Source: Thermoplasmata archaeon
GTDB taxonomy: Archaea > Thermoplasmatota > Thermoplasmata > RBG-16-68-12 > JAJISG01
Length of the DNA: 64,000 bases
NCBI GenBank assembly: GCA_046758325.1
Contig: JBHHZZ010000002.1
Coordinates: 14,990 to 78,989 of the forward strand
Direction of reading: 5' to 3'
In this document: piece by piece, positions 1 to 8,360 of the stretch
Layout of the letters: every line of letters begins with the position of its first letter
Numbering within the stretch: the first letter of the stretch is position 1
Program-made: the position numbers and the translations under genes
The notes under the pieces: model-generated
What the model saw: the letters and a program-made list of their open reading frames with translations, nothing else
What the model was told of the DNA's origin: nothing
Databases searched by the model: none

Positions 1-205
1 CGATGTCCTGGGCCAGCTGCGGGTAAGCCAGTGTTATCCTTCCGAGGCGTTCCCTGGCCTCGGGTGTGAGGATCTGCCTCAGGATAGCTTGGCGTTGGGC
101 TTTGAGCTGAGCTTGCATCTGCTCCTCCGCCACCTTCTGCTCCGTCATCCTCTGAAGCTCCTCAAGCTTCCTTCTCCTGATAGCCTCCAATTCCTCTTCG
201 TCCAT
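1..205 (-). CDS. PDCD5-family (DUF122) DNA-binding protein, 3' end runs off the window
   Basis: Manual translation from ATG at 205: MDEEELEAIRRRKLEELQRMTEQKVAEEQMQAQLSSKAQRQAILRQILTPEARERLGRITLAYP; this gene normally follows rps19e in archaea. Confidence 0.9.
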   Translation of the reverse strand, partial: MDEEELEAIRRRKLEELQRMTEQKVAEEQMQAQLKAQRQAILRQILTPEARERLGRITLAYPQLAQDI

Positions 206-214
206 CCCCACACC

Positions 215-670
215 TCACGCGTACTTTGCTAGCTCAGGCCTTTCCTTGGAGAGACTAGTCAGGATCTCGTGCGCCTTGTTGTCCAGATAAGACTGTCCCT
301 TAGGGGTAACGACCCTTCCCCTTGTGTCCGCCTTCTTCAGGTAACCCAGATCCTCCAGCTGGTTCAGACATTCCCGGACGATGGAACGGCTCCCCTTCCT
401 GGGGTGGTAGGGAGCAGACCCCCGGTCCCTTCGTCCTCCGAACTCCGCGGACAGCCGCTCCGTCCCCACTGGGCCTCTCACATAGACCTTCCTGAAGACT
501 GCAGCCACGCGAGTATACCACCAGCCCCTATCTATTGGGGACTTCTCTCGATGGACTCCTGTCTTGACGAAGGGAGCCCACTCTGGAGGGTTCACCTTCT
601 TGGACTTCTTGAGCTCCTCCGCGACCACGCTTATGAGCAGGTCGGGTGGAACATCGTACACCGTTGTCAT
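215..670 (-). CDS. rps19e: 30S ribosomal protein S19e
   Basis: MTTVYDVPP..., PEWAPFVKTGVHRE, WWYTRVAAVFRKVY, GSRSIVRECLNQLE motifs. Confidence 0.98.
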   Translation of the reverse strand: MTTVYDVPPDLLISVVAEELKKSKKVNPPEWAPFVKTGVHREKSPIDRGWWYTRVAAVFRKVYVRGPVGTERLSAEFGGRRDRGSAPYHPRKGSRSIVRECLNQLEDLGYLKKADTRGRVVTPKGQSYLDNKAHEILTSLSKERPELAKYA

Positions 671-699
671 CTACTCTTCGGTGCGAATAAATCCCCGGG

Positions 700-713
700 A
701 TATAAAACGTTTC
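700..713 (-). promoter_or_regulatory. BRE/TATA promoter of rps19e
   Basis: Minus strand GAAACG-TTTTATAT about 30 nt upstream of the ATG. Confidence 0.65.
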
Positions 714-783
714 GGAGACAATTGTCTCCTGTCTCATCCGGGCAAGGCGACGCTGTCCTCTTCAGAGGAGGTTCGGAATCTCT

Positions 784-796
784 GAAACTTATAATA
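784..796 (+). promoter_or_regulatory. BRE/TATA promoter of ubiX operon
   Basis: GAAAC-TTATAATA ending 27 nt before the ATG at 824. Confidence 0.6.
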
Positions 797-823
797 GGAA
801 ACCACCCATCAACGGTCGTCCTC

Positions 824-1402
824 ATGAGGGCTGTGGTGGCGATTACGGGAGCATCCGGGGTTAAGTACGCCTATCGCCTGCTGGAGCAGCTACGAGGGAA
901 GGTACAGCTCATCATATCAGAGGACGCGAAGAAGGTCATCGAGACGGAGACTGATCTGACCCTGGATGATTTTAGGGGTATGGCCGCCGCCTCCTATGCA
1001 AACGATGACTTCCAATCGCCGGTGGCCTCGGGAAGCTACCTCTTCGACGCCATGATCGTCGTTCCTTGCTCCATGACTACGCTGGCAAAGATCGCCCTTG
1101 GGCTGGCGGATAACCTCATCACCCGGGCGGCCACCGTCGCCCTCAAGGAGGGTCGTAAGCTCGTCCTCGTTCCCCGGGAGACCCCTCTGCACGTCCTTCA
1201 CCTGGAGCACATGCTGAAGGCTTCGAGCTTGGGAGCAACGGTCCTTCCGGCCATGCCAGGATTTTACCACAGGCCCAGAGAAGTCGATGACCTCGTAGAC
1301 TTCATTGTTGCGAGAATCCTGGATCACATAGGGGTTGAACATGACCTTCTCCCGCGATGGGGCTCAGAAACGCGGAAAGCTTTTACCAAGGCGGACGAAT
1401 AG
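824..1402 (+). CDS. ubiX: Flavin prenyltransferase UbiX
   Basis: True start MRAVVAITGASG; SGS, PCSMTTLAKIA, LVLVPRETP and PAMPGFY motifs; the ORF-track N-terminal extension is spurious. Confidence 0.95.
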   Translation: MRAVVAITGASGVKYAYRLLEQLRGKVQLIISEDAKKVIETETDLTLDDFRGMAAASYANDDFQSPVASGSYLFDAMIVVPCSMTTLAKIALGLADNLITRAATVALKEGRKLVLVPRETPLHVLHLEHMLKASSLGATVLPAMPGFYHRPREVDDLVDFIVARILDHIGVEHDLLPRWGSETRKAFTKADE

Positions 1403-1410
1403 ACATCGCG

Positions 1411-2142
1411 ATGGAGGGCATTTTGGAGGCCTTCAGGCGGGATTTTGACCTTGAGAGGGACTACACCGAGGCTTCGACCATACTTCAGTCTCTCGGCCTA
1501 TCTACCTACGAAGCCCGGGCCTACATAGCCTTGGTAGCCCACGGCTACGGCAACGCCGACACTATCGCGGAGACGGCCAAGATACCCAGGACCTCGGCAT
1601 ACAAGGTCCTATCCTCCCTCTGCGAGAAGGGGTATGCTATATCCACCCGGGGCCGCCCCATGATCTTCAAACCGGAACCTCCCCAGAAAGTGAAGGAGCG
1701 GGTGCTGAAGAAGGTGGCTTCTGTGTTCGACAACCTTCAGATGATTCATGAGGTTCTGATGGACAAGGGGGAGCCGCAGCTTGTGTTTACCATCACGGGC
1801 AAGCAGCGGGTTCTAGGCAAGATTGCAGAGCTACTGGACACGGCAACAAGGACCTTCATCATATCGACTCCGACTCTGTCGGAGATTCGGGAGTCCTTGA
1901 GCAAGCGCATCGAGGCGTCCGTCAAGCGGGGAGTGCTCATAACCGTCATCACCGCCCCGACCCAGAAGGTTCCCGATGGAGTGGAGGTGGTGAGAAAGCA
2001 GGGGCTCATAGCTACAGACATCATCGCAGACGGGGAGCGGGCCCTCATAGGATCCCCTGACCTCAATGCCTGCGGGTATACGGACAATGCTTCCCTGGCA
2101 AAACACCTGGAGAACTTTCTCATGATACTGATGGAGCGGTAG
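1411..2142 (+). CDS. TrmB-family transcriptional regulator
   Basis: LGLSTYEARAYIAL...IPRTSAYKVLSSL wHTH plus C-terminal effector/PLD-like domain. Confidence 0.9.
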   Translation: MEGILEAFRRDFDLERDYTEASTILQSLGLSTYEARAYIALVAHGYGNADTIAETAKIPRTSAYKVLSSLCEKGYAISTRGRPMIFKPEPPQKVKERVLKKVASVFDNLQMIHEVLMDKGEPQLVFTITGKQRVLGKIAELLDTATRTFIISTPTLSEIRESLSKRIEASVKRGVLITVITAPTQKVPDGVEVVRKQGLIATDIIADGERALIGSPDLNACGYTDNASLAKHLENFLMILMER

Positions 2143-2149
2143 GGGGACC

Positions 2150-3331
2150 TTGGCCGAGAGCTTCGACGTCCTGGTCATAGGCGCGGGCCCCGTGGGGGGT
2201 CACACAGCAGAACTCATCGCTGGGGAGGGCTACTCCGTCGGAATCGTGGAGGAGCACAGGGAGGTGGGGGAACCCGTTCAGTGTGGGGGCATCTTTACCC
2301 CGCGAGTCATGGAGATGGTGGATTGCAGGAACACCATCCTGGAGGAGATTAGGGGGTGCGAGTTCTACTCACCTGGCGGGAAGGAGCTGGTGGTGGATGG
2401 CGAGGAAACCGAGGCCCTCGTGGTGGATCGGGCCGCCTTCGATCGGGAGGTGGTGAAGAAGGCCCTTCGAAGGGGGGTTGCCTGCCATCTAGGAACGCTG
2501 GCCACCGGCGTTCGACGGACACCTGAAGGGATGGCTGTTAGCGTCATGAAGGAGGGTGAGCAGCAGGAGTTCCGCTGCAGGCTGCTCATAGGAGCGGACG
2601 GGGTAAAGGGCAACGTGACGAACTGGTTCCGGCTGGCCCGACCCTATCGTGTCCTTCCTGGATTCGAGGCTGACGTCGTCGGTGCGTCCCACACGCCGGG
2701 ATTCGTTAAGGTCTTCACCGGCAGGAGCGTAGCGCCCGGGTTCTTCGGATGGCTGGTGCCCTCTAGTCACTCGGCCCGAGTGGGAGTGTGTGTCACTCAG
2801 GGCAACGCCAGAGCCTACCTGGAGAGGATGTTTGTGGAGGGGCCACCAGCTGCCTTCCTTTCCGCGTCCAAGCCCCTGGGATACATCATCGGCGGCATTC
2901 CCATCGGCTTGGCGAAGCGCACCTACGCTGACAACGTGATGATCGTCGGGGACGCTGCGTTCCAAGCCAAGGCGACCAGCGGCGGTGGCATTTACACCGG
3001 TCTGGTGTGTGCGGAGCACTGTGCCCACACCGCCGTCGAGTCCCTTAAGGCAGGGGACCAGTCGGCTTCGTTTCTTGCCCGCTATGAGGGGCGATGGAAG
3101 GAGGACATAGGAAAGGAACTCAGGAGATACCTCTTCCTGCACAGGGTTTTCTCGAAACTCAGCGACAGGCAGCTGGAAGAGATTTTCGATGCCCTCAACA
3201 ACTCCCGACTTCTTAGAATAATCTCCGAACTGGGAGACATTGACTATCCCGCGCGGGTGGTCCTCGCCTTGCTCAGGGAGGAGCCCCGGTTACTCAAGTT
3301 TGTAGGCCCTGCCATCAGGGGTATCTTCTAA
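2150..3331 (+). CDS. Geranylgeranyl reductase-family FAD oxidoreductase (probable digeranylgeranylglycerophospholipid reductase)
   Basis: FDVLVIGAGPVG, PVQCGG, DRAAFD, GADG, VGDAA..KATSGGGI motifs. Confidence 0.88.
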   Translation: MAESFDVLVIGAGPVGGHTAELIAGEGYSVGIVEEHREVGEPVQCGGIFTPRVMEMVDCRNTILEEIRGCEFYSPGGKELVVDGEETEALVVDRAAFDREVVKKALRRGVACHLGTLATGVRRTPEGMAVSVMKEGEQQEFRCRLLIGADGVKGNVTNWFRLARPYRVLPGFEADVVGASHTPGFVKVFTGRSVAPGFFGWLVPSSHSARVGVCVTQGNARAYLERMFVEGPPAAFLSASKPLGYIIGGIPIGLAKRTYADNVMIVGDAAFQAKATSGGGIYTGLVCAEHCAHTAVESLKAGDQSASFLARYEGRWKEDIGKELRRYLFLHRVFSKLSDRQLEEIFDALNNSRLLRIISELGDIDYPARVVLALLREEPRLLKFVGPAIRGIF

Positions 3332-4551
3332 AGGGGGTGCCACTCCCCCTCCATGGGCAGGATGGTTTTCCTGTCTTCGACGGCTTGAGCGAGGGTCTCT
3401 CGAGCCTCACCGTGCATGAGGACCACCGTGGAAGGGTCGCAGCCCTCCACGAACTTCACCAGGTCTTCGTGGTCAGCGTGGGCGGAGAAGTCGTAGAACG
3501 CCACCTCGCACTTTATCTTGGTACTCACGCCATAGAGATCGATGACGCCCGCATCCAGCAGGTGCCTGCCGTTAGTACCCTCCACCTGGTAACCAGTGAG
3601 GATGACGGCGTTCTCGGGGTCGTCTTTCAACCGGTCCAGGTAGAAAAGGACAGGGCCCCCGTCCAGCATGCCGCCAGTGGTAACGATAACCTCTCCTCGC
3701 AGGGCCTTTTCCCGGCCGTGGGAGGAGCGGATGATGTGGACCCTCCTAAGGACATTCATCAGCTTCCTGGAAGACCGGAGGTAGCTGGGATGCTTCAGGT
3801 AGAACTGACTCACATTCCGTCCCATGCCGTCTAGCCAGATATCGTAGCCTGTCTTAGAGAGAACCATGAGGATCTCTTGAGTCCTGGCTACAGCGAAACA
3901 TGGTACCAGGGCCACGCCTCCCCTGTCCACCACTTCCTCCACCTTCCTCAGGAAGGCTTCCTCTGTCTCAGGCCTGCTAGGATGGCTCCTTCCTGCGTAG
4001 GTAGACTCCATGATAAGGACATCACACTTGACGGGATGGGCACCCCACACCAGGCGGGTGTTTGTGGTCTGTAGGTCCCCCGTGAAGAGGACTGTCTGAT
4101 ATCCGGAGAGTTCGAACATGGAGGAGCCCGGGATATGACCGGCGGAGTGAACCTCCATCTCGAAGCCACCGATTTCCATGACATCCCCGTATTCTAGGGT
4201 GACCGTATTCCTATTCATGGCCCTTATGTCCGCCTTCGCGAAGGGAGCGGGATAGCCCTCCATCCGGCTCACCTTGAGGCTGTCCTCCAGGAGAATGTTG
4301 GCGATGTCCAGAGTTACAGGGGTCGAAAGGACATCCATATCGTACGAATTGCACACGGCGGGAACCATCCCACAGTGGTCCAGATGGGAGTGAGTCAGGA
4401 AGAGGGCGTCTACGGGCGGGGCCTCTAGCGGGTATTGGGGGGGATCCATCGGCTGCATGCCGTAATCAAAGAGCAAGGTGGCTCCCTGATGCCTGAGGAG
4501 CATGCCCAGGCGGCCCACCTCGCTCGCCCCGCCAAGGAAGCTTATCTCCAT
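3328..4551 (-). CDS. MBL-fold beta-CASP ribonuclease (aCPSF2-like)
   Basis: Start MEISFLGGASEVGR; THSHLDH, AGHIPGS, ESTY, FSAHAD motifs. Confidence 0.9.
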   Translation of the reverse strand: MEISFLGGASEVGRLGMLLRHQGATLLFDYGMQPMDPPQYPLEAPPVDALFLTHSHLDHCGMVPAVCNSYDMDVLSTPVTLDIANILLEDSLKVSRMEGYPAPFAKADIRAMNRNTVTLEYGDVMEIGGFEMEVHSAGHIPGSSMFELSGYQTVLFTGDLQTTNTRLVWGAHPVKCDVLIMESTYAGRSHPSRPETEEAFLRKVEEVVDRGGVALVPCFAVARTQEILMVLSKTGYDIWLDGMGRNVSQFYLKHPSYLRSSRKLMNVLRRVHIIRSSHGREKALRGEVIVTTGGMLDGGPVLFYLDRLKDDPENAVILTGYQVEGTNGRHLLDAGVIDLYGVSTKIKCEVAFYDFSAHADHEDLVKFVEGCDPSTVVLMHGEARETLAQAVEDRKTILPMEGEWHPL

Positions 4552-4659
4552 CTCACCCTTCGTACACGGGCATTTGCCTTTAAGGTTTTCACAGGTCCGG
4601 GAGTAAGGTCTAGGAGGCGGAAGACGAGGGCATGTGAGTACAGGGGGAAACAAGCGTCC

Positions 4660-5790
4660 TCAGGGCTCCAGGCTGGGTCGGGGCCCCAGGACTCTGGTCC
4701 TCCTCTCACGCCTTCTGAAAGTGGGAAGGATGCTCTGACAGCGTATGGCTCTCTCCATCCTCCTCCACCCCAGAAGTCTCATCGCCAACTCCAGCCAGAA
4801 ATCGCTGAGAAAGAACTGGTCTGCCATCCTCTTGATCTTGACCCCCGTCTCGAGCCGCTGTCCGGCCACATCCCACCATCGTGTCTCATACTCTTCAAGG
4901 GGGGAACCGCCATGGATGTGGTCGGCGATTACGGTCCCTGCGATACGGGCACACAGCATCGCCAGGTTGACACCGCCACCGTTCGTTGGCATCACGTGGC
5001 CTGCGGCATCCCCCACCAGGACGACGTTGTCCTTTACTGTCCTAGATACAGGCCCCATCTCCGGAACCCAGCCACCTGTCCAAGAATCCGTGCTGAAGCC
5101 CTTCTTCTCAAGAAACTTCATGAGGAGCTGGGTCAGGTTTCCTCCATACCGGTGCCAGACGCCAAGGCCCACGTTGGCCGTACCGTTCTTGGGTATAATC
5201 CAGGCGTATCCGCCTGGGGCTATGCTGCCGAAATAGATTTCTAGAGCGTCGCCAAAGCTTCCTTCCACGTCACATGTTATGGCGGCGGCGAGCTCCCTGG
5301 GTGGCGATAGTCCCACGGAGCGCGCCACTATCGAGAAAGGGCCATCGGCACCAACGATGACCTTGCCCTTCATGACTCCCCTGGGAGTGCGGACCTCGGT
5401 TCCGTGGACTCTCTGAACCAAGCACTCGGTCACTATTTCCACTCCCTCACGCTCGGCCAGGTTGGCCCAGTGCTTGTCCACCCTATCCCTGCAGACGGTA
5501 TAGCCCTCGAAGGGCACGTCATACGACCTGAGGGAGGGGCTACGGATGCGTATTACCCTCGTCCTGGCCTCCTTCAGGCTCTCGGGCAGATCGTAGAGGG
5601 AGGCTACCTCACCGGCCTTGGGAAAGAGGGATTCCACTTCCTCATTGGAGGCCATGAACTCTCCGCACTGGACGGGGACGCCTATCTCTTTCCTCTTCTC
5701 CAGACAGATGGTCTTGAGTCCCCTCATGGCCGCATATCGAGCCGTGGTTGTCCCCGCGGGTCCTGAACCCACTACGATTAGGTCGTAGAC
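4660..5790 (-). CDS. Second GGR-family prenyl reductase (candidate quinone side-chain reductase); start codon uncertain
   Basis: In-frame VYDLIVVGSGPAG begins upstream of the first canonical start (GTG 5772); PVQCGE, YAWIIP..GTANVGLG, VGDAAG..P.NGGG. Confidence 0.85.
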   Translation of the reverse strand, partial: VYDLIVVGSGPAGTTTARYAAMRGLKTICLEKRKEIGVPVQCGEFMASNEEVESLFPKAGEVASLYDLPESLKEARTRVIRIRSPSLRSYDVPFEGYTVCRDRVDKHWANLAEREGVEIVTECLVQRVHGTEVRTPRGVMKGKVIVGADGPFSIVARSVGLSPPRELAAAITCDVEGSFGDALEIYFGSIAPGGYAWIIPKNGTANVGLGVWHRYGGNLTQLLMKFLEKKGFSTDSWTGGWVPEMGPVSRTVKDNVVLVGDAAGHVMPTNGGGVNLAMLCARIAGTVIADHIHGGSPLEEYETRWWDVAGQRLETGVKIKRMADQFFLSDFWLELAMRLLGWRRMERAIRCQSILPTFRRRERRTRVLGPRPSLEP

Positions 5791-6497
5791 GGCTTCACCC
5801 CCTGAAGGTGGTAGACGCCTCCCAGTAGGAGGTCCTTGGCCTTCACACCTATGAAGCCGACCTCTTTCATTAGCTCTTCGTGCTTTGCAGCGGCCCCGAC
5901 GGCTCTGTATGTGTGGAGGAGCTCACGGTATGGGTGGCGTCTCCATCCCTTCCTGGCCCTCCTAGGTACCAAGAGTCTCATGATGACCGTGGCTCCCCTT
6001 TCTAGCCAGAGATCCATCAGGAGACGATGCAGGCCCCTTGGAGGCCGAAAGAGGTCCACAATCTGGAGCTTGCCGCCGGGCTTGAGGACCCGCAAGATCT
6101 CCTTCAGCCCCCTCTTCTTGTCCATGAAGTCTCTGAAGGAGAAGATGCAAAAGGCCTTGTCCACGGCGTCATCTCGGAGGGGTACGTCCTCCGCCAGGCC
6201 AGCCACGAAATGGTAGCGTCCCCCGGGGAGCCGTGAAGCTGCGAAGCTGAGGATAGAGACAGAAGGCTCCAGAAGGTATACCCGTCGGCATGAGAGGAGC
6301 CTGGCGAAGCCGCCTGTGCCAGGGCCTATCTCCAGCACCTCCTCCCCATCGTTCACGGTCTCCGCCGCCCTCGACCTCCACATTGGCAGCTGAAGAAGCG
6401 TCGAGGCATAGTTGACCCTCTCGTAGTAGGGCAGGAATTCCTCTAAGGACTCTATGACGCCCTTCCAGAGCTCCCTGCTAAGACCACGAGAGACCAT
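5778..6497 (-). CDS. UbiE/MenG-like SAM-dependent methyltransferase
   Basis: VLEIGPGTG SAM motif; FSFRD..KEILRVLKPGG resembles UbiE/MenG. Confidence 0.8.
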   Translation of the reverse strand: MVSRGLSRELWKGVIESLEEFLPYYERVNYASTLLQLPMWRSRAAETVNDGEEVLEIGPGTGGFARLLSCRRVYLLEPSVSILSFAASRLPGGRYHFVAGLAEDVPLRDDAVDKAFCIFSFRDFMDKKRGLKEILRVLKPGGKLQIVDLFRPPRGLHRLLMDLWLERGATVIMRLLVPRRARKGWRRHPYRELLHTYRAVGAAAKHEELMKEVGFIGVKAKDLLLGGVYHLQGVKPSTT

Positions 6498-6500
6498 GAG

Positions 6501-7469
6501 CTAGACTTCTCTGTTCAGAACAAGGTCCACCATCTTGAGAAGTTCCAGCTTGTACTGGGTCGGAGGTATCAGGCCCAGGCTCTCCTTCGCCCTTTTACCG
6601 AACTCAGTCGCCTTCTGGCGAGCGACCTCAACCGCTCCCGAAATCACAACGATGTCCAGAGCTCTCCGTACCTCCGCTTCCGTCTTCCGCCGCTTCTTGA
6701 TGATCCCCGCCAGCTCCTCCCTGTCTCCTTTCCTTCCATCCTGGAGGGCATTGAGGGTCAGCAGAGTGATGTTGCCTTCCCTAACATCCGTGCCCGTTGG
6801 CTTGCCCAGGACCTCCTCATTGCCCACGACGTCCAGGATGTCATCCACTATCTGGAAGGCGATGCCCAGGTTTGTGCCGTACTGTCCGAGGGCCAGTATC
6901 TGCTCTACGCTGCCCCCTCCGAGTATGGCTCCGATCCTGGCACCGGCGGATATGGGCCAGGCGGTCTTTCGGCGAATTATGCCTATGTAGTCCTCCTCAC
7001 TCATGGATAGATCCCGGGAGTGGATCTTTTGCCGAATCTCCCCCTCGGCTAGCTGAACACATGCCTGGGCGGTTATGTCGACAATCTCCGAGTCAAACCT
7101 GCCGCCGATGGCGAAGGCCTTGGTGAACAGGAAGTCCCCGGTCACGAGGGCGTTCTGAATTCCGTACTTCTTGTATGCGGCGGGCTTACCCCTGCGAGTG
7201 GTCCCCCCATCGTTGATGTCATCGTGTATCAAGGTGGCGTTGTGGATCAGCTCCAGAGCGGCAGCGATCTTCACAGCGTCCTGGACATCCGTTCCACCGA
7301 CGGCGTAAAAAGATAGGAGGGTAACAGCGGGCCTTATCCTCTTCCCGCCAGACCTAATGACATAGCTAGCTATTTCAGTCAGGAGCTGCTCCTGAGAGGT
7401 AATGCTCTCCTCGATGACTTCCGCCACCATGGAAAGCTCTTTAGAAATAGGCAGATCCCAGGAGGCCAT
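6501..7469 (-). CDS. trans-polyprenyl diphosphate synthase, medium/long chain type
   Basis: GGKRIRP, HNATLIHDDIND (small residues before the first Asp-rich motif), FQIVDDILD, GK..G.D..EG. Confidence 0.92.
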   Translation of the reverse strand: MASWDLPISKELSMVAEVIEESITSQEQLLTEIASYVIRSGGKRIRPAVTLLSFYAVGGTDVQDAVKIAAALELIHNATLIHDDINDGGTTRRGKPAAYKKYGIQNALVTGDFLFTKAFAIGGRFDSEIVDITAQACVQLAEGEIRQKIHSRDLSMSEEDYIGIIRRKTAWPISAGARIGAILGGGSVEQILALGQYGTNLGIAFQIVDDILDVVGNEEVLGKPTGTDVREGNITLLTLNALQDGRKGDREELAGIIKKRRKTEAEVRRALDIVVISGAVEVARQKATEFGKRAKESLGLIPPTQYKLELLKMVDLVLNREV

Positions 7470-7491
7470 CGACCGAGTTTAACGGCTCAGG

Positions 7492-7506
7492 ATATATTAG
7501 GTTTCT
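7492..7506 (-). promoter_or_regulatory. BRE/TATA promoter of the prenyl synthase-methyltransferase-GGR unit
   Basis: Minus strand AGAAAC-CTAATATAT about 25 nt upstream of the ATG at 7469. Confidence 0.5.
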
Positions 7507-7545
7507 CTATATATGGCGGTCGCGAGGATAATAGTGGACTGATAG

Positions 7546-8286
7546 CTACACTTGCTCAGCCTTGGTACTCCTCGCAACGGAGACTGCCCTGGTGATCTCG
7601 AAGACATCGCCGTTCCACACGAAGGCAAAGGACCCCATGTCGTGCTTCGTCCCCCTCAGTTTGACACAGCGAATCCTCCTCTGAACGTCCAGGTCGGACA
7701 CGGGGTAGAGAGACACGTGAAACACCCCATCGGCCAAGTAGGCCTCATCCACTTCCTTGCCCGGGGCGAACACGTCCCCCAGGGTCTCAGACACGATGAA
7801 GGTAGTCGTCCCCAGGTCCTTGAGCCACTCGAAAAGATAGAACAGTTCCGTCCTCCTTACATCGAAGTCGGCCATGGTCTCCAGGACATTGAGGGAGTCT
7901 ATGACAATGAAGTCGTAGGCGTCAGACTCCACCAGGTTCTTGAGGAAGGCCTTGAAGAGGGTGATCCATGATCCTTCCGCCTTGATGAAAGAGAGGTTCT
8001 TCCTCAGGGCGGACATGTCGAAGACGGAGATGTCCTTGTAAGCCTCGGATTTCTTCATCCCCATGGCCTCGAGGTGCTCAACCAGGGAGGCCTTATTCTG
8101 CTCCAAGGTGAGGTAGAGGCCCCTGGCCCCGTTGTGAAGAGCACTGTTGTACAGGATGCTGAAGCAGATGGAGGACTTCATGGTCCCAGGCGCTCCCGCG
8201 ACGAGAATGATGTGTCCCTCTGGTATGCCTCCTTCCAAGGTCTCGTCCAACCCCTTCACGTAGGTCCTCTTCCTTGCTCTCCTCAA
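7546..8286 (-). CDS. KaiC/RAD55-like RecA-superfamily ATPase
   Basis: Walker A GAPGTMKSS, Walker B IVIDSL, C-terminal RRIRCVKLRGTKH; likely TTG start behind GAGTGA SD. Confidence 0.9.
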   Translation of the reverse strand: MRRARKRTYVKGLDETLEGGIPEGHIILVAGAPGTMKSSICFSILYNSALHNGARGLYLTLEQNKASLVEHLEAMGMKKSEAYKDISVFDMSALRKNLSFIKAEGSWITLFKAFLKNLVESDAYDFIVIDSLNVLETMADFDVRRTELFYLFEWLKDLGTTTFIVSETLGDVFAPGKEVDEAYLADGVFHVSLYPVSDLDVQRRIRCVKLRGTKHDMGSFAFVWNGDVFEITRAVSVARSTKAEQV

Positions 8287-8360
8287 GGAATCACTCTCAG
8301 AAATCCTCTGCCTTCTTGCTTTAAAACATATCGAGGCCGTTACAACCATTGATAATGGCG

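Noticed and set aside
269-823. N-terminal 185 aa of the 377-aa ORF containing UbiX
   Set aside because: Antisense to rps19e; UbiX homology and a TATA box point to the ATG at 824
6501-7469. Prenyl synthase as the direct GPP/FPP supplier for the terpene-synthase-like enzyme
   Set aside because: Chain-length residues suggest a long-chain quinone-type product and it has its own promoter; the linkage may be coincidental
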